Origin: Oligoflexales bacterium
Lineage (GTDB): Bacteria > Bdellovibrionota_B > Oligoflexia > Oligoflexales > JAPPIL01
Direction of reading: 5' to 3'
NCBI GenBank assembly: GCA_965215515.1
Contig: OZ244057.1
Span: 128,001 to 192,000 of the forward strand
Length of the DNA: 64,000 nucleotides
In this document: positions 16,664 through 26,373 of the stretch, one piece after another
How the letters are laid out: every line of letters begins with the position of its first letter
Numbering within the stretch: position 1 is the stretch's first letter
Translations under genes and position numbers: made by a program
Notes under the pieces: generated by a model
Told to the model about the DNA's origin: nothing
Databases searched by the model: none
What the model saw: the letters and a program-made list of their open reading frames with translations, nothing else

Positions 16664-19295
16664 TTGCTCTCAACGCGTTAGCAAGGTCGCGAATGGGAAA
16701 TCCCGATTGTTTCCAATCACGAGAGCGACAGGTTAAAATTATTATTTGCACACTTTTTGCAGCTTTGCGTAAGGCAAGCTGCATACGTTCAAAGCGGTCA
16801 TCATCTGCATATACTAAAGCATCATCAAGAATGACCATTGATGGATAGCCTTTTTCTTTCAGATATACCGCGAGAGCAAGACGCACAAGAATAGATAATT
16901 GCTCTCGTGTGCCAATACTTAGGTTGAGAAAAGGTTCTTCTTTGCTATCTCTTTGTAATTCTTTGATTTCCATATTTTCTTCGTTGAAGATTGGTTTTGC
17001 TCCTGGAAAGAGCAAATCTAAGAATGGTGATATGTGCTCTAAAACTGGAGCAACAAACATTTCTTTAGCCTCACGCTCTGCCTCATTGAGGGTGTTAACT
17101 AGTAATTCCCATGCGTCTGCCTCTTGCTTTACCCGCTCTAGGTTTTCCTTTGCTTTTTCTGCAGCTCCACGAGCTGCTTGTAGGCTTTCGCCAACACCAT
17201 CTTCTCCTTTGGTAGAAAGCCTTGTTCTTATTTCAATCTCATTTTTTTCAAGTTCTGCTCGTCTACTTTCAATGTTTTTGATTGTATCTCTGTATTTTTC
17301 TATCCTTAGTTGAATTTTATCTGGATTAGCTGCTGCAATTTTTTTATCTACATCTTCTTTTATTTTTTTCTTATTGTCCACCTGTGTTTCGCATTGTTTA
17401 ATTTCAGCAACCAGCTTTTCGTCGCTATTTTCTAGGCGTGCATTTTCCAGTTCCTCTTTTTTTTCATTAAGAATTTTAGTTATTCCTAGCGATTCACCTT
17501 TGCATTGGCGAAGATAATTTTCTTGTGCATGCTTTTTTTGTTGAGCTACGGACAAGGCTTCTCTAGCCTTGTCCTCTTCTTTTGCAACAGATCCCATAAG
17601 CTGTTCGGCTTTGTCTACGTCAATTATCTCAGTGTTTTCTATATTACCAACATCATTACGAAGGCTTTCCAGCATTGCTTTCTTCCGATTATAATCAGAA
17701 TGCAATGTATCTATGTTATGTGAGCTACTTATACGAATTTCGACTACTTCGATCTTATTTCTTGCTTGCTGATAAGCCTCGAAATGAGATTTCGCTTCTT
17801 CCATATTCTTAACTCCTATTTTAGCAAGGGCAGCATCCAATTCATTAGTTCTGTTGGCTAATGACTGTTGCTTGTTAGCTAACCCGGCTACCGCGGGCTC
17901 AATTTCTATCATCCCGAAACCATCTAATGTAAAGCATTCTTTCTCACTCACCTCTACTTGCTGGTTCGGTGCAATATTGCCCTTGCTATTGGTCACTCTT
18001 TGGTTTTCTATTGGCAAAAATTGCACATGTGTTGCAGCAGCACTTATTTCACCTTTTAGTTTATCTACCTCATCGCTAATGCTTTTCAAGTTTTTAAAAC
18101 ACTGTTGATTTACCTTAGCAGAGTCTTGTTCTGCTTTTGCTGCTTGTAGCTGTTCGTTGAGTTTGGTGATCTCAGTGAGCTTCTTGTTGAGATTAGACAC
18201 ATCTTGTTCAAGCTTATGTATATTTGCCAGTGCTTGTTGTAGTTCAGCATTCTTCTTGTTTTTGGTAGCTAATTCTAAATCAGATTTAGCCTTCTTAAGC
18301 TGGGTATCTAGATCTGTTTGTATGTGTTTATCCAGTTCTTTATTAATTCCTTCTATTTTGGTCTTATACTCCCTTACTTCATCAATTAATTTCTGGTGTT
18401 GCTTCCAACGATTGCGAGTAATTTTCAACTCACCTTCGGCTCGGTTGATTTCATGTTCAGCATTTTCGCTTTGTTGCCGTAGAGCTTCGATTTTTTTTTG
18501 TTCATCTTTCGCATTGTTAAGTTCACGCTGTGCTTCTTCTAAATCACCACCGTCTTGAATTTGCCGTAGCCCCTGCCTGACCTTTTCCAAACCTTCTATG
18601 TCTTGTTGATATTCTTCTTCTTTTTTTGCTTGTTTATCAGCTTCTTTAGCTCTCTTGTTATTTTCTTCCTCGGCATTATAGAGATCACCGCCTTTTTTAG
18701 GCTTGCCACCTACGGTCAATAACTCATTACGTTTTTCTTTCGCTGCTTGAATGATTTTGCTTCCTAACGATCCTCCCATAACATCACCAACTTCTCTTTC
18801 TAACGAGGTGCGCAGCTTTTCTCTTCCTGTTTCTGCAAGATTAAGTTTATATAAGTTATGTCCTTGTTCGAGCCAGAAGAAACCTAGTAAACCTCGGTCA
18901 TTGTGTTTTGATTCTCGATTAGGGACACGAAAATTTAGTAACTTACTCAATTCCCCTTCTGCTGCGCTACCTTCCAAAATAGAATCATCTGGCTTTTTTA
19001 GAATAGCAACTGGCCTTTGGCCAAAATTTTTCTCCAAACGGTACAGTTTTTTGCCAAGTTCAAAGTCAAGTTGAACTTCCACCCTAACTTTAGAGCCAGA
19101 AGGAAACATCGCCTCACGCGGCTTCCCAGTCATATTATGTCTTTCAAATATAGCACTGCGCATAGCATTAAACAGCGTGCTTTTTCCCTCTTCGTTATTA
19201 CCAGCAATAACTGTAACACCATCATCAATATCTTTTATCTCACGCGGTGAAGTAAATTTACGGAAATTGTGCACCATAATTCTACGTATGTACAC
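16656..19295 (-). CDS. YhaN/SbcC (Rad50)-like coiled-coil ATPase
   Basis: GNNEEGKST Walker A, long coiled coil, LSIGTREQ signature, ILDDALV Walker B, ILTC; no CxxC zinc hook seen. Confidence 0.9.
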   Translation of the reverse strand: MYIRRIMVHNFRKFTSPREIKDIDDGVTVIAGNNEEGKSTLFNAMRSAIFERHNMTGKPREAMFPSGSKVRVEVQLDFELGKKLYRLEKNFGQRPVAILKKPDDSILEGSAAEGELSKLLNFRVPNRESKHNDRGLLGFFWLEQGHNLYKLNLAETGREKLRTSLEREVGDVMGGSLGSKIIQAAKEKRNELLTVGGKPKKGGDLYNAEEENNKRAKEADKQAKKEEEYQQDIEGLEKVRQGLRQIQDGGDLEEAQRELNNAKDEQKKIEALRQQSENAEHEINRAEGELKITRNRWKQHQKLIDEVREYKTKIEGINKELDKHIQTDLDTQLKKAKSDLELATKNKKNAELQQALANIHKLEQDVSNLNKKLTEITKLNEQLQAAKAEQDSAKVNQQCFKNLKSISDEVDKLKGEISAAATHVQFLPIENQRVTNSKGNIAPNQQVEVSEKECFTLDGFGMIEIEPAVAGLANKQQSLANRTNELDAALAKIGVKNMEEAKSHFEAYQQARNKIEVVEIRISSSHNIDTLHSDYNRKKAMLESLRNDVGNIENTEIIDVDKAEQLMGSVAKEEDKAREALSVAQQKKHAQENYLRQCKGESLGITKILNEKKEELENARLENSDEKLVAEIKQCETQVDNKKKIKEDVDKKIAAANPDKIQLRIEKYRDTIKNIESRRAELEKNEIEIRTRLSTKGEDGVGESLQAARGAAEKAKENLERVKQEADAWELLVNTLNEAEREAKEMFVAPVLEHISPFLDLLFPGAKPIFNEENMEIKELQRDSKEEPFLNLSIGTREQLSILVRLALAVYLKEKGYPSMVILDDALVYADDDRFERMQLALRKAAKSVQIIILTCRSRDWKQSGFPIRDLANALRANE

Positions 19296-19301
19296 TTATG
19301 T

Positions 19302-20396
19302 TTATCCCTTGTTCTGGTCATACAGTCTATAAAGCAGAGACAGTGCACGTTTTGCCTGATCAGACTGCATTTCCTTCAATTTATCAAAAGCAATACCAAC
19401 AAACCCTGAAGCATTGAGATTATCGAAATCACTGGGACTAGGCTCTAAATATAACTTATTAATCAAATCTAGATGCAGAACTCTAGCGCGTAGTTCCTCG
19501 CAGTCATCTTCAATACTTGTAGATGTTACTAGATCCACAATTCCGCTTAATTTTAGTTTTAAAACTGTGCAATCTAGGTTTTCATCAGCAAATATTTTTT
19601 TTACTTCATCAACAGTACCAGATAAAATTTCTACACTCCTTTCTCTCCAGTGATACTTTGCAACTGGCACAGGCTCAACTTTCGGTGAAACCCCCGCGTG
19701 ATCAATCTTAACATCAAGCACGTAGCCAGGTTTGTTGTTAGGAGGAAATCTATCAGGCTCTGGTGTGCCAGCATACCACATTTTTTCAGAAATTTTTTTG
19801 TGACCATGCCAGTCACCTAGTGCGAGGTAGTCTAAGTTTGCTCGTTCACACCTATTAACTGCTATCGGGTTAGCAACATTGTTACTCTCTGGCAAAATTC
19901 CTTCTACTGATCCATGTGCTAGACCAACTCTGATCAGATCCTTGTAGCTACTATGGCCGTCAAACCACTCTGTCAAGTCAGCAACCTCTCTTTGCCTTCT
20001 TAGTGGAGCTGGCAAAATTACTGCTTTATCATCAAGTATGAGTGGTTTTGGTTCATCAACAATGAAAATGTTATCAGGTAATTTCAGCATTCTAAGCCTG
20101 CTCCAGGGAGATTCTGCTGCCGCGTAGTCATGGTTGCCCGGCAGAAGTAGCCACTTACCACTGAAATTTTCAGTCATAACCTTAAAACGGCGTAATGTTT
20201 CATCAGACACAGAGATAGTTTCAAAGCAGTCACCAGCAACAAGAATAGCATCAGTGTTACGTTCAGTTGCTAGATTAGCAAGCTTTCTCACTACCTCCAG
20301 ACGTGCGTCTTGCAACTTTGTAGCGATATTATCAGGAAATCTTCCGAATTTTTTTCCGATTTGTAAATCAGCAGTATGGATAAAGCGAAAACTCAT
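19302..20396 (-). CDS. YhaO/SbcD (Mre11)-like metallophosphoesterase nuclease
   Basis: HTADLQIG, AGDCFE, PGNHD, AHGS, LGDWH, YAGTPEPDRF; likely start ATG 20396. Confidence 0.9.
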   Translation of the reverse strand: MSFRFIHTADLQIGKKFGRFPDNIATKLQDARLEVVRKLANLATERNTDAILVAGDCFETISVSDETLRRFKVMTENFSGKWLLLPGNHDYAAAESPWSRLRMLKLPDNIFIVDEPKPLILDDKAVILPAPLRRQREVADLTEWFDGHSSYKDLIRVGLAHGSVEGILPESNNVANPIAVNRCERANLDYLALGDWHGHKKISEKMWYAGTPEPDRFPPNNKPGYVLDVKIDHAGVSPKVEPVPVAKYHWRERSVEILSGTVDEVKKIFADENLDCTVLKLKLSGIVDLVTSTSIEDDCEELRARVLHLDLINKLYLEPSPSDFDNLNASGFVGIAFDKLKEMQSDQAKRALSLLYRLYDQNKG

Positions 20397-20589
20397 GTGC
20401 TGCCTCATATAAAAGATGTGGATACAACAACACTTGGACAGCAAACACACCCAATGTGCTTGTCATACTCCTTTGCGGTTTACTCTAGGGAAATCTTTAG
20501 CAAAATCTGGATTTATAGATGTGGCAGTATGTGGAGTGCCTTAATGGAAAATATTCGCTGGGTATCTTCTGCCGCGATAGTTCCTTGCT

Positions 20590-21252
20590 TTAAGTAACTT
20601 CCTTCGTGATGTTGTAAGAGTTGGAGTCTTCTTTTATTTCGAGTGCTATCTCTATGTAGAAATTTGGCTTTGAAATAAATGCTCCCCATGTGACTACGTG
20701 AACGTAGGAGTGATACTGGTCACGGTGAATTGTTGTACCGCATAGGTGACAATTTTCTAGCTCTGGATTTTTTAGGTTAAACATATTCCGTCGTAAAATT
20801 TTAAACAAAAACTTTGTTCGGTAACTACAGCATCCACACGAACAAGATTTTTGAATAAAATAATCATATCTTCCGCTCTCATTAGGCAAAACAACAGCCA
20901 ACATAGCGTTGGGGGTACTTGTGCGACCACCTCTGCTCATCTCCTTCAGGGAGTAGGAAATTTCCCATGGTATCCACTGATTGCTCTCGCTCACGTAAGT
21001 GTCTTTCATACCTTTGGAGATCAGAACAATCGTTAAGCTACTGCCGAAAATTTTACCACGAAGATGCGAGGCTATCGTTTCGTCCTTAAAGGCACTGAAA
21101 TCGTCACCGTCCCTTTCCTCCTTGTAGATATGGTCGCCTTTAAAACACCTCTCCAGCACATCAACATAGTCTCTGGCAGTTGTCTGGTAACCATCAATTG
21201 TTGCCACTGCCGTGTCGTTGTGCTTGTAGCTGACAAATATCTTCCTGCCCAT
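20590..21252 (-). CDS. TIR-domain protein (ThsB/DUF1863-like) with a Cys-rich insert
   Basis: KIFVSYK, SSLTIVLIS, WIPWEISYSL (catalytic Glu); CSCGCC and CHLC clusters. Confidence 0.85.
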   Translation of the reverse strand: MGRKIFVSYKHNDTAVATIDGYQTTARDYVDVLERCFKGDHIYKEERDGDDFSAFKDETIASHLRGKIFGSSLTIVLISKGMKDTYVSESNQWIPWEISYSLKEMSRGGRTSTPNAMLAVVLPNESGRYDYFIQKSCSCGCCSYRTKFLFKILRRNMFNLKNPELENCHLCGTTIHRDQYHSYVHVVTWGAFISKPNFYIEIALEIKEDSNSYNITKEVT

Positions 21253-21284
21253 GAAAACCTCTCAACCTAGAAAATTCGCACCAA

Positions 21285-21553
21285 AACTGACTATGCTCAC
21301 GCGTCTGTCAAACCACTTCACCATGACCAATGACCTTGTGCTTGCCGCAATCTTTGAGGGTTGCTTGCTCGCCTCTGCATCTGCCAGCTACTATCTTTGC
21401 AGCCCCCATCCACCTAAGGGTAAGTCCGAAACCGCCCAAGTCAAGCCTCTACGTTGCTTTATTTCCTACGCAGTTACGGCTCACAACGTGTCCCTGCCTC
21501 GCCGTCGCCATCCTGTTCGTGACTCGCCACACCCGATAACTACGAAACGGCAC
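21285..21553 (-). mobile_element. Possible 5' (domain I) fragment of a group II intron
   Basis: Minus strand begins GTGCCG and folds into nested stems (GAGCC..CTGCGT..ACGTAG..GGCTT; GCTGC..GTAGC); GC-richer than its flanks; no RT ORF or domain V seen. Confidence 0.45.
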
Positions 21554-21662
21554 TAATATTCGAGGATGGGGGGTTGAACTTGCTGAAAAATCTAGGTAAT
21601 TGCTTTATGTCTAGCTGCGGTGGTTGGCTGGCTAGGTGGTATGTTGCTTGGAGATTGAACTT

Positions 21663-22151
21663 ATGAGGCGAGTGTTCTTCAGCTTTCACTACGCAGGGGA
21701 TGTTGGCAGGATTGGCCAAATCCGCAACAGCTGGCTAACCAAAGGCAAGACATCTAAGTTTCTTGATGCCGCCGACTGGGAGTCGATCAAGCAGCGTGGA
21801 GACGATGCTATTAGGGGCTGGATCAATGAACAACTGAAAGGAACGTCTGTTACTGTAGTTTTGATTGGAGCTGATACGGCAAGCAGTCGATGGGTAAGGT
21901 ATGAAATAGCACAGAGTATCGACAGGAAAAACGGGCTTCTGGGCATTTACATTCACAACGTCAAGGATTTTAGGACTGATGCTACCGATGACAAGGGCGA
22001 GGACCCGTTTGCAAAACACTTTAACTTTGCCCCTGCACATGGCCAGTTGGTTTATCCGTGCTGTTGTTACTACGATTGGATAATCGACAATGGGCTGGCT
22101 AATCTGCCAAGATGGATCGAGACAGCTGCCGAGCAAGCAGGAAGGAGTTAG
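21663..22151 (+). CDS. TIR-domain protein (ThsB/DUF1863-like)
   Basis: MRRVFFSFHY...RNSW, TSVTVVLIG, WVRYEIAQS (catalytic Glu), NGLLGIYI. Confidence 0.9.
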   Translation: MRRVFFSFHYAGDVGRIGQIRNSWLTKGKTSKFLDAADWESIKQRGDDAIRGWINEQLKGTSVTVVLIGADTASSRWVRYEIAQSIDRKNGLLGIYIHNVKDFRTDATDDKGEDPFAKHFNFAPAHGQLVYPCCCYYDWIIDNGLANLPRWIETAAEQAGRS

Positions 22152-22154
22152 CCG

Positions 22155-22553
22155 TTGAACAGTGACAGGATAGAACATCTGAAGTTGATTCAGAACATAA
22201 TTAGCCGCATGGCTGGCAACAGTGGTCTGATAAAGCGGTGGACGATGGCACTTGTCCCTGTTGTGGCTGCGTTTGGAAAGTTTGGCGATGCGCCAATTGT
22301 AGCAGGCATTGCTGGTGTCATTCCTTTTATCTTCATGTGGTGGCAGGATGCTAAGTATTTGAGGCTAGAGCGGGCGTATATAAAACTATACGAGGCGACT
22401 GTTGCTAGAGAGGATGTCAGGATGTTCGATCTCGATCCTAAGCCGTATCTTGGTTGTGTTGGCTCTACTTTCAAAACGGCGTGCTCATGGTCGGTTGCCT
22501 TGTTCTATTTCCCGCTCCTCGTCGCACTGGTAGTGGCATTAGCAACTGTGTAG
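22155..22553 (+). CDS. Small TIR-associated membrane protein (about 3 hydrophobic segments), candidate effector
   Basis: 3 nt after the TIR stop; HLKLIQNIISRMAGNS...DAKYLRLER. Confidence 0.75.
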   Translation: MNSDRIEHLKLIQNIISRMAGNSGLIKRWTMALVPVVAAFGKFGDAPIVAGIAGVIPFIFMWWQDAKYLRLERAYIKLYEATVAREDVRMFDLDPKPYLGCVGSTFKTACSWSVALFYFPLLVALVVALATV

Positions 22554-22680
22554 TATTGTCAGTCTGATACTCGGTCTAACTCGTTGCTGGCTTTGAACGG
22601 GGTTAACTCCGCGGACTAGTGACCACAATTAGGATGCTCTGTTTTCTCCTTCCAAGCACCAGAGCTAGCTCACTTGCAAA

Positions 22681-22707
22681 CAGTTGTTGCAAAATTTGCA
22701 ATAACTG
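22681..22707. promoter_or_regulatory. 27-bp near-perfect palindrome between convergent genes
   Basis: CAGTTGTTGCAAA-A-TTTGCAATAACTG, 12 of 13 pairs match. Confidence 0.45.
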
Positions 22708-22819
22708 CCTGCCGCTGCAACGAGCGATGCGTGTTTATCTACCTGTAGCGTGGTATGGAGAAAGTTTAGGTTTGAGATGGAACAAGTGGCTATGCATCTC
22801 TATCTCTAGTAAATCTCGC

Positions 22820-23887
22820 CTAGCTCCGATTAAGATCGCGCTTAATCTTCGCCAGTTCTTGCTTTGAGAGCTGCGAAGCTTTGCAGATTATCCGCTCATC
22901 TACGCCTTCCATCAAGAAACGCCTAACCATCTCCAACTTTCCTTGTTCGATGCCAAGTTGTTTCCCCTGCTGCTTGCCCTGCTCGATACCGAGTTGCTTG
23001 CCCTGTTCGATGCCGAGTTGCTTAGCCCTATCGCTCTGTGTCTCTAGCATGGTCTCTAACCTCTCTTCCTGTGCCAAGTCTGGCCACCTTTCCCGATCAA
23101 CACGATAGAAATCACCTTCTCCGATCGCGTTATCGGCATTTTCGTAGTATACGCTTAGGTTTTCTAGTATAAAAGCCCCATCTTCGGGGGAAAGCAAGCG
23201 GCCTTTGGTCAGCAACGCAGCTACCGTATCATCATTCGCATGCCACACCTCGGACATGCCCTGCACCGCGGTTACCGCACACTTCGCATCCTCCCAGAAA
23301 TTATCGAGCTGTAGCTTGCGTAAATTCACCGTCAAACACGGCATATGTCGGAACAAATACCTATACTCCTCCAAGACAGGCGGGATTTCTTCGTCGCCAA
23401 ATTCAAGCGATAGATCATCTTTAGGCGGCTCGAAGTCCTTATCCTTACAACATATTAAAACTACAGGGAGAACTAAGTTGCGAACTGCTCCCTTTCTCCT
23501 TGACTTGCGCTTGAGCTGCTCACGACGAGCGATCAGATAATACTCCATCGTCTGTAGAATCACTTCAGGGTCACGATAGCTCTTGTGCTCCAGAATGAAG
23601 GTTATCGCGATCTCTGTATCAGTGCCCTTAAATCGAGCCTCTGCGGTAAGGTCGGTGCGTATCTCCCCACCAGCTCGCTTCAACAGTATGCCATCCTTGA
23701 TAGTCAGGCTCTCTGCATCAAGAGCGGCGATAAACTTGGGCGGAAAGATCATTCGCAATAACTGCATGAGATAATTAGTATTTTTGAATATTTTTTTGAA
23801 AAATCCGTCGTGCAGGTTGTGCCCTTCCCGCAAGACAGATTTTTGTTTTTTCCTGCTCAAATGCCTACTCCTGCAGTTTCTTGGCAA
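22820..23887 (-). CDS. Rpn-family recombination-promoting nuclease / putative transposase (PD-(D/E)xK)
   Basis: HDGFFKKIF, RTDL, ILEHKSY, C-terminal GIEQGKQL repeats followed by a short HTH-like tail. Confidence 0.85.
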   Translation of the reverse strand: MPRNCRSRHLSRKKQKSVLREGHNLHDGFFKKIFKNTNYLMQLLRMIFPPKFIAALDAESLTIKDGILLKRAGGEIRTDLTAEARFKGTDTEIAITFILEHKSYRDPEVILQTMEYYLIARREQLKRKSRRKGAVRNLVLPVVLICCKDKDFEPPKDDLSLEFGDEEIPPVLEEYRYLFRHMPCLTVNLRKLQLDNFWEDAKCAVTAVQGMSEVWHANDDTVAALLTKGRLLSPEDGAFILENLSVYYENADNAIGEGDFYRVDRERWPDLAQEERLETMLETQSDRAKQLGIEQGKQLGIEQGKQQGKQLGIEQGKLEMVRRFLMEGVDERIICKASQLSKQELAKIKRDLNRS

Positions 23888-23899
23888 AAGGACACCTAC

Positions 23900-25180
23900 C
23901 TATACTAGCACTTTCCCCGAAATATACACACCTTCTCTTTTGAGGATCTCGGCGACCGTGCAGTTGTGCCAGCCTTTACCTTGCTGTTTGGTTGGTATCT
24001 TCATGGAGTTCAAGAACCTTGCGATGGCGTTTGTGCTAATCCCCTCAGCATACATCGTCCTGATGGTGTCAATGGTACGCAGTTCGGCCTTGTGATCTAC
24101 GGTTCTTCCACCGACCCGCCGCTTGCCGTAGGCATACCACTTAGAACCGCGGTAGTCCGATGTCTTTCGCATAGGGATGTTGTATTTCAGAAGCAAGCTT
24201 CTGATGTATGTTTTTGAGCACGCAAATTCACTGGCTATAGCTCTTGTTGAGAGCCGATTTTCGATATATTTTTGTCTGAGTACACTTTCAGGAATGAACA
24301 CAGAAGTGAGATAGCTATCTAATTCCATTAATAATTTGCGATTGAGTTCGGATTCTGCATCTTGGCAAACACAGACCGCTCTCCCAGCGTACACACAGAA
24401 TGTGTCCTCACCTGAGTTTTCAGGTGAGGATGTGTTGTTGAAAACAAACTCCAGCTGCACCCTCTCACCGTCCAAAGGCTGGACGATAATTTTTTTGAAC
24501 AGCTGCCTGTAGGTAGACTTGAGCGAAAGCCAATCCTTCTTCTTGACGTAGTTGATAGCCTTGTGAGTGTGCTTTTGCCACTCGTTTGCACAACGAATAT
24601 GCCTGAGTGCATGCAGCGAGCTAGGAAGCGAGCGATGCAAAAGGCGGCGTAGCTGTTTCTTCTTGCTGATAAGCTCCCTCTCCTCGCCTTTCATGGCAGA
24701 AACCCGCTCCTTATACTCTTCTCTGAAAGAGCGTGCCATTTCCAGATCGTCATCTTCGAGCAGAAAGTTCAAACGGCGGTCTAGGCGTTGCCTCTCATCT
24801 TCCAATTCACCTAGCTTCGTGTCGATCTCCGTAACTTTTCCCTTCACCAAGTCGATAGTGCTGTCCTTGCGTGCTGAGTAGTCAGCTATGCTCTTCTGAA
24901 ACTCTGGGGCATTCTCTGCCACTTGCCGCAAGATTTTCTCGGCTTCAGTGTTGATTAGCTTGCGCAGATAGCCGCGCTTGTCAAAGAACTTCACCGCTAT
25001 ATTGTCATACTCCTGTGCTGCATACTTCTGAAAGAAGGTCGCCACGATCTGATTGGCAAGCTTCGAGCTATCCACCTTGCAGTAGTTGCTGCGCAACTTT
25101 GCCACCAGTTCAGCGACGAGACTTGCCTGTTCCCTTCCTAGCAGCACCCTGCGTACTTCGCTCTTCTGTTTTGCGCTCAT
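23900..25180 (-). pseudogene. Deletion-fusion ORF: a small-protein N-terminus joined to the C-terminal part of a large serine recombinase
   Basis: Coiled coil, LFKKIIV motif, recombinase-type DNA-binding tail (GISTNAIARFLNSMKIPTKQQGKGWHNCTVAEILKRE); no YxRxS catalytic domain. Confidence 0.6.
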
Positions 25181-25294
25181 CTACGCTTCCTTGTGCTTGG
25201 CAACCATGCGGCGTTGCCGCGTATCGTCCACACACAGTGTTGTTGGACTAGCTGATTGCCTCTAACCTCCCAATCGAAGCACTCCTTGTCAACG

Positions 25295-25849
25295 TCAGGA
25301 GCTGACAACGAAAATTCCCTTCTTCGCATTCGTGAAAGTCAATTCACCAGTCGCACCAGCGACATCTGCGAGCAAAGCAAAATACAATTTATGCTTGCAC
25401 TTATGGCGATCCGACACCTCCCTATCTACCTTGTGCAGAGTGTTCAGAATGTGCTTGCTTGCACAGATGTAAAGCACTCCGTCAACACCACGCTTGACAT
25501 AGTAGGCATTGACCTTCTGACGATAACGATCTTTACTTTTGACCGTCGTATCGAACTCGATGGCTAAGTTCAGCACCCCTATTCTTGTGTCTACCTCTGC
25601 CATTGCGTCACTGTTCAGTTCCACAAATGGCCTAAACTGTCTGTCCGATTTGAACCCCGTGCATGTTTGCAGAACATTTTCGCTGTAATAGCTTTGAACT
25701 GCATCTTTTGCTTCAAATGCTTTGCGGATGTCGTTCAAGGAAATGTCATGTGACGGGCATTCACTTAAAGTTGTCTTGGTTGTCACCATATACGGCAACA
25801 TCGGTTTAATTTTGGTAAGGCCACGTTGCGTTAGCGAATATGCGTATAG
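25295..25849 (-). pseudogene. 5'-truncated second copy of the Replic_Relax relaxase
   Basis: Long identical peptide stretches shared with 390..1187 (AVQSYYSENVLQTCTGFKSDRQFRPFVELNSDAMAEV); N-terminal ~80 aa missing. Confidence 0.9.
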
Positions 25850-26090
25850 GTAGATAAAAGATTGACAATCATTTCTTTGCCTGCAGGAATGGTGACATAC
25901 TCCTGCACATTGCTGAGTTCAGCCGCTTGTCGCTGTGCCTCTGCTTCGCCTTTGAAGCTTCACCCGCCTTCAATTCCTCCTTCTCAATCACATAACCTTG
26001 CTTCGGTAAGGGCTTGCCTCTACGTGTTGCAAAAATTCTTGCTGCAGCAAGGTCAACCTTTCCCATAGTTCTGTTCTTAAGCTGCATGTC
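25850..26090 (-). pseudogene. Fragments of a second virB10-like gene
   Basis: 25853-25948 encodes EAEAQRQAAELSNVQEYVTIPAGKEMIVNLLST, matching the VirB10 C-terminus at 2526-2650; a linker fragment lies upstream. Confidence 0.8.
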
Positions 26091-26116
26091 AACGATGCGC
26101 AGCTGTCTTGCCTTAT

Positions 26117-26323
26117 CTACATCGGTAAGCTTTCCCTCTGTCCTGCCAGATACTGTTGATGCTCACCGTTCTTAATAACGACGATGGGATCAGCTACATA
26201 CATCCAACCGATGACGAACACCTGTAGCACACACACCACCACCAACCCCAAGTTGATCAACTTGTGAGTGCGTAGCAGTGAATTGATGTCCGTCCATGCC
26301 CGTAGTGAATTAGTTTTTTTCAT
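26117..26323 (-). pseudogene. 3'-truncated second virB8-like gene
   Basis: First ~65 aa nearly identical to the protein at 3847..4428. Confidence 0.9.
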
Positions 26324-26339
26324 AACAATATGTCCTCCA

Positions 26340-26367
26340 AAAAGTTAACGTATAAAAGTTAACGTAT
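26340..26367. repeat. 14-bp tandem duplication
   Basis: AAAAGTTAACGTAT twice. Confidence 0.8.
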
Positions 26368-26373
26368 ATGTGC

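Noticed and set aside
14528..20396. Gabija or Wadjet system
   Set aside because: No OLD/TOPRIM nuclease and no kleisin or JetD genes; the nuclease is a calcineurin-like phosphoesterase.
21561..21582. tRNA T-arm-like sequence on the minus strand
   Set aside because: No pairing T-stem or CCA end; too weak to call.
20590..22553. Complete canonical Thoeris system
   Set aside because: No SIR2, SLOG or Macro-domain ThsA in the window.
22930..23030. Tandem repeats in the Rpn gene as a novel element
   Set aside because: GIEQG-type repeats are a normal feature of Rpn-family C-termini.
23900..25180. Functional integrase
   Set aside because: Lacks both the serine-recombinase catalytic domain and tyrosine-recombinase motifs.
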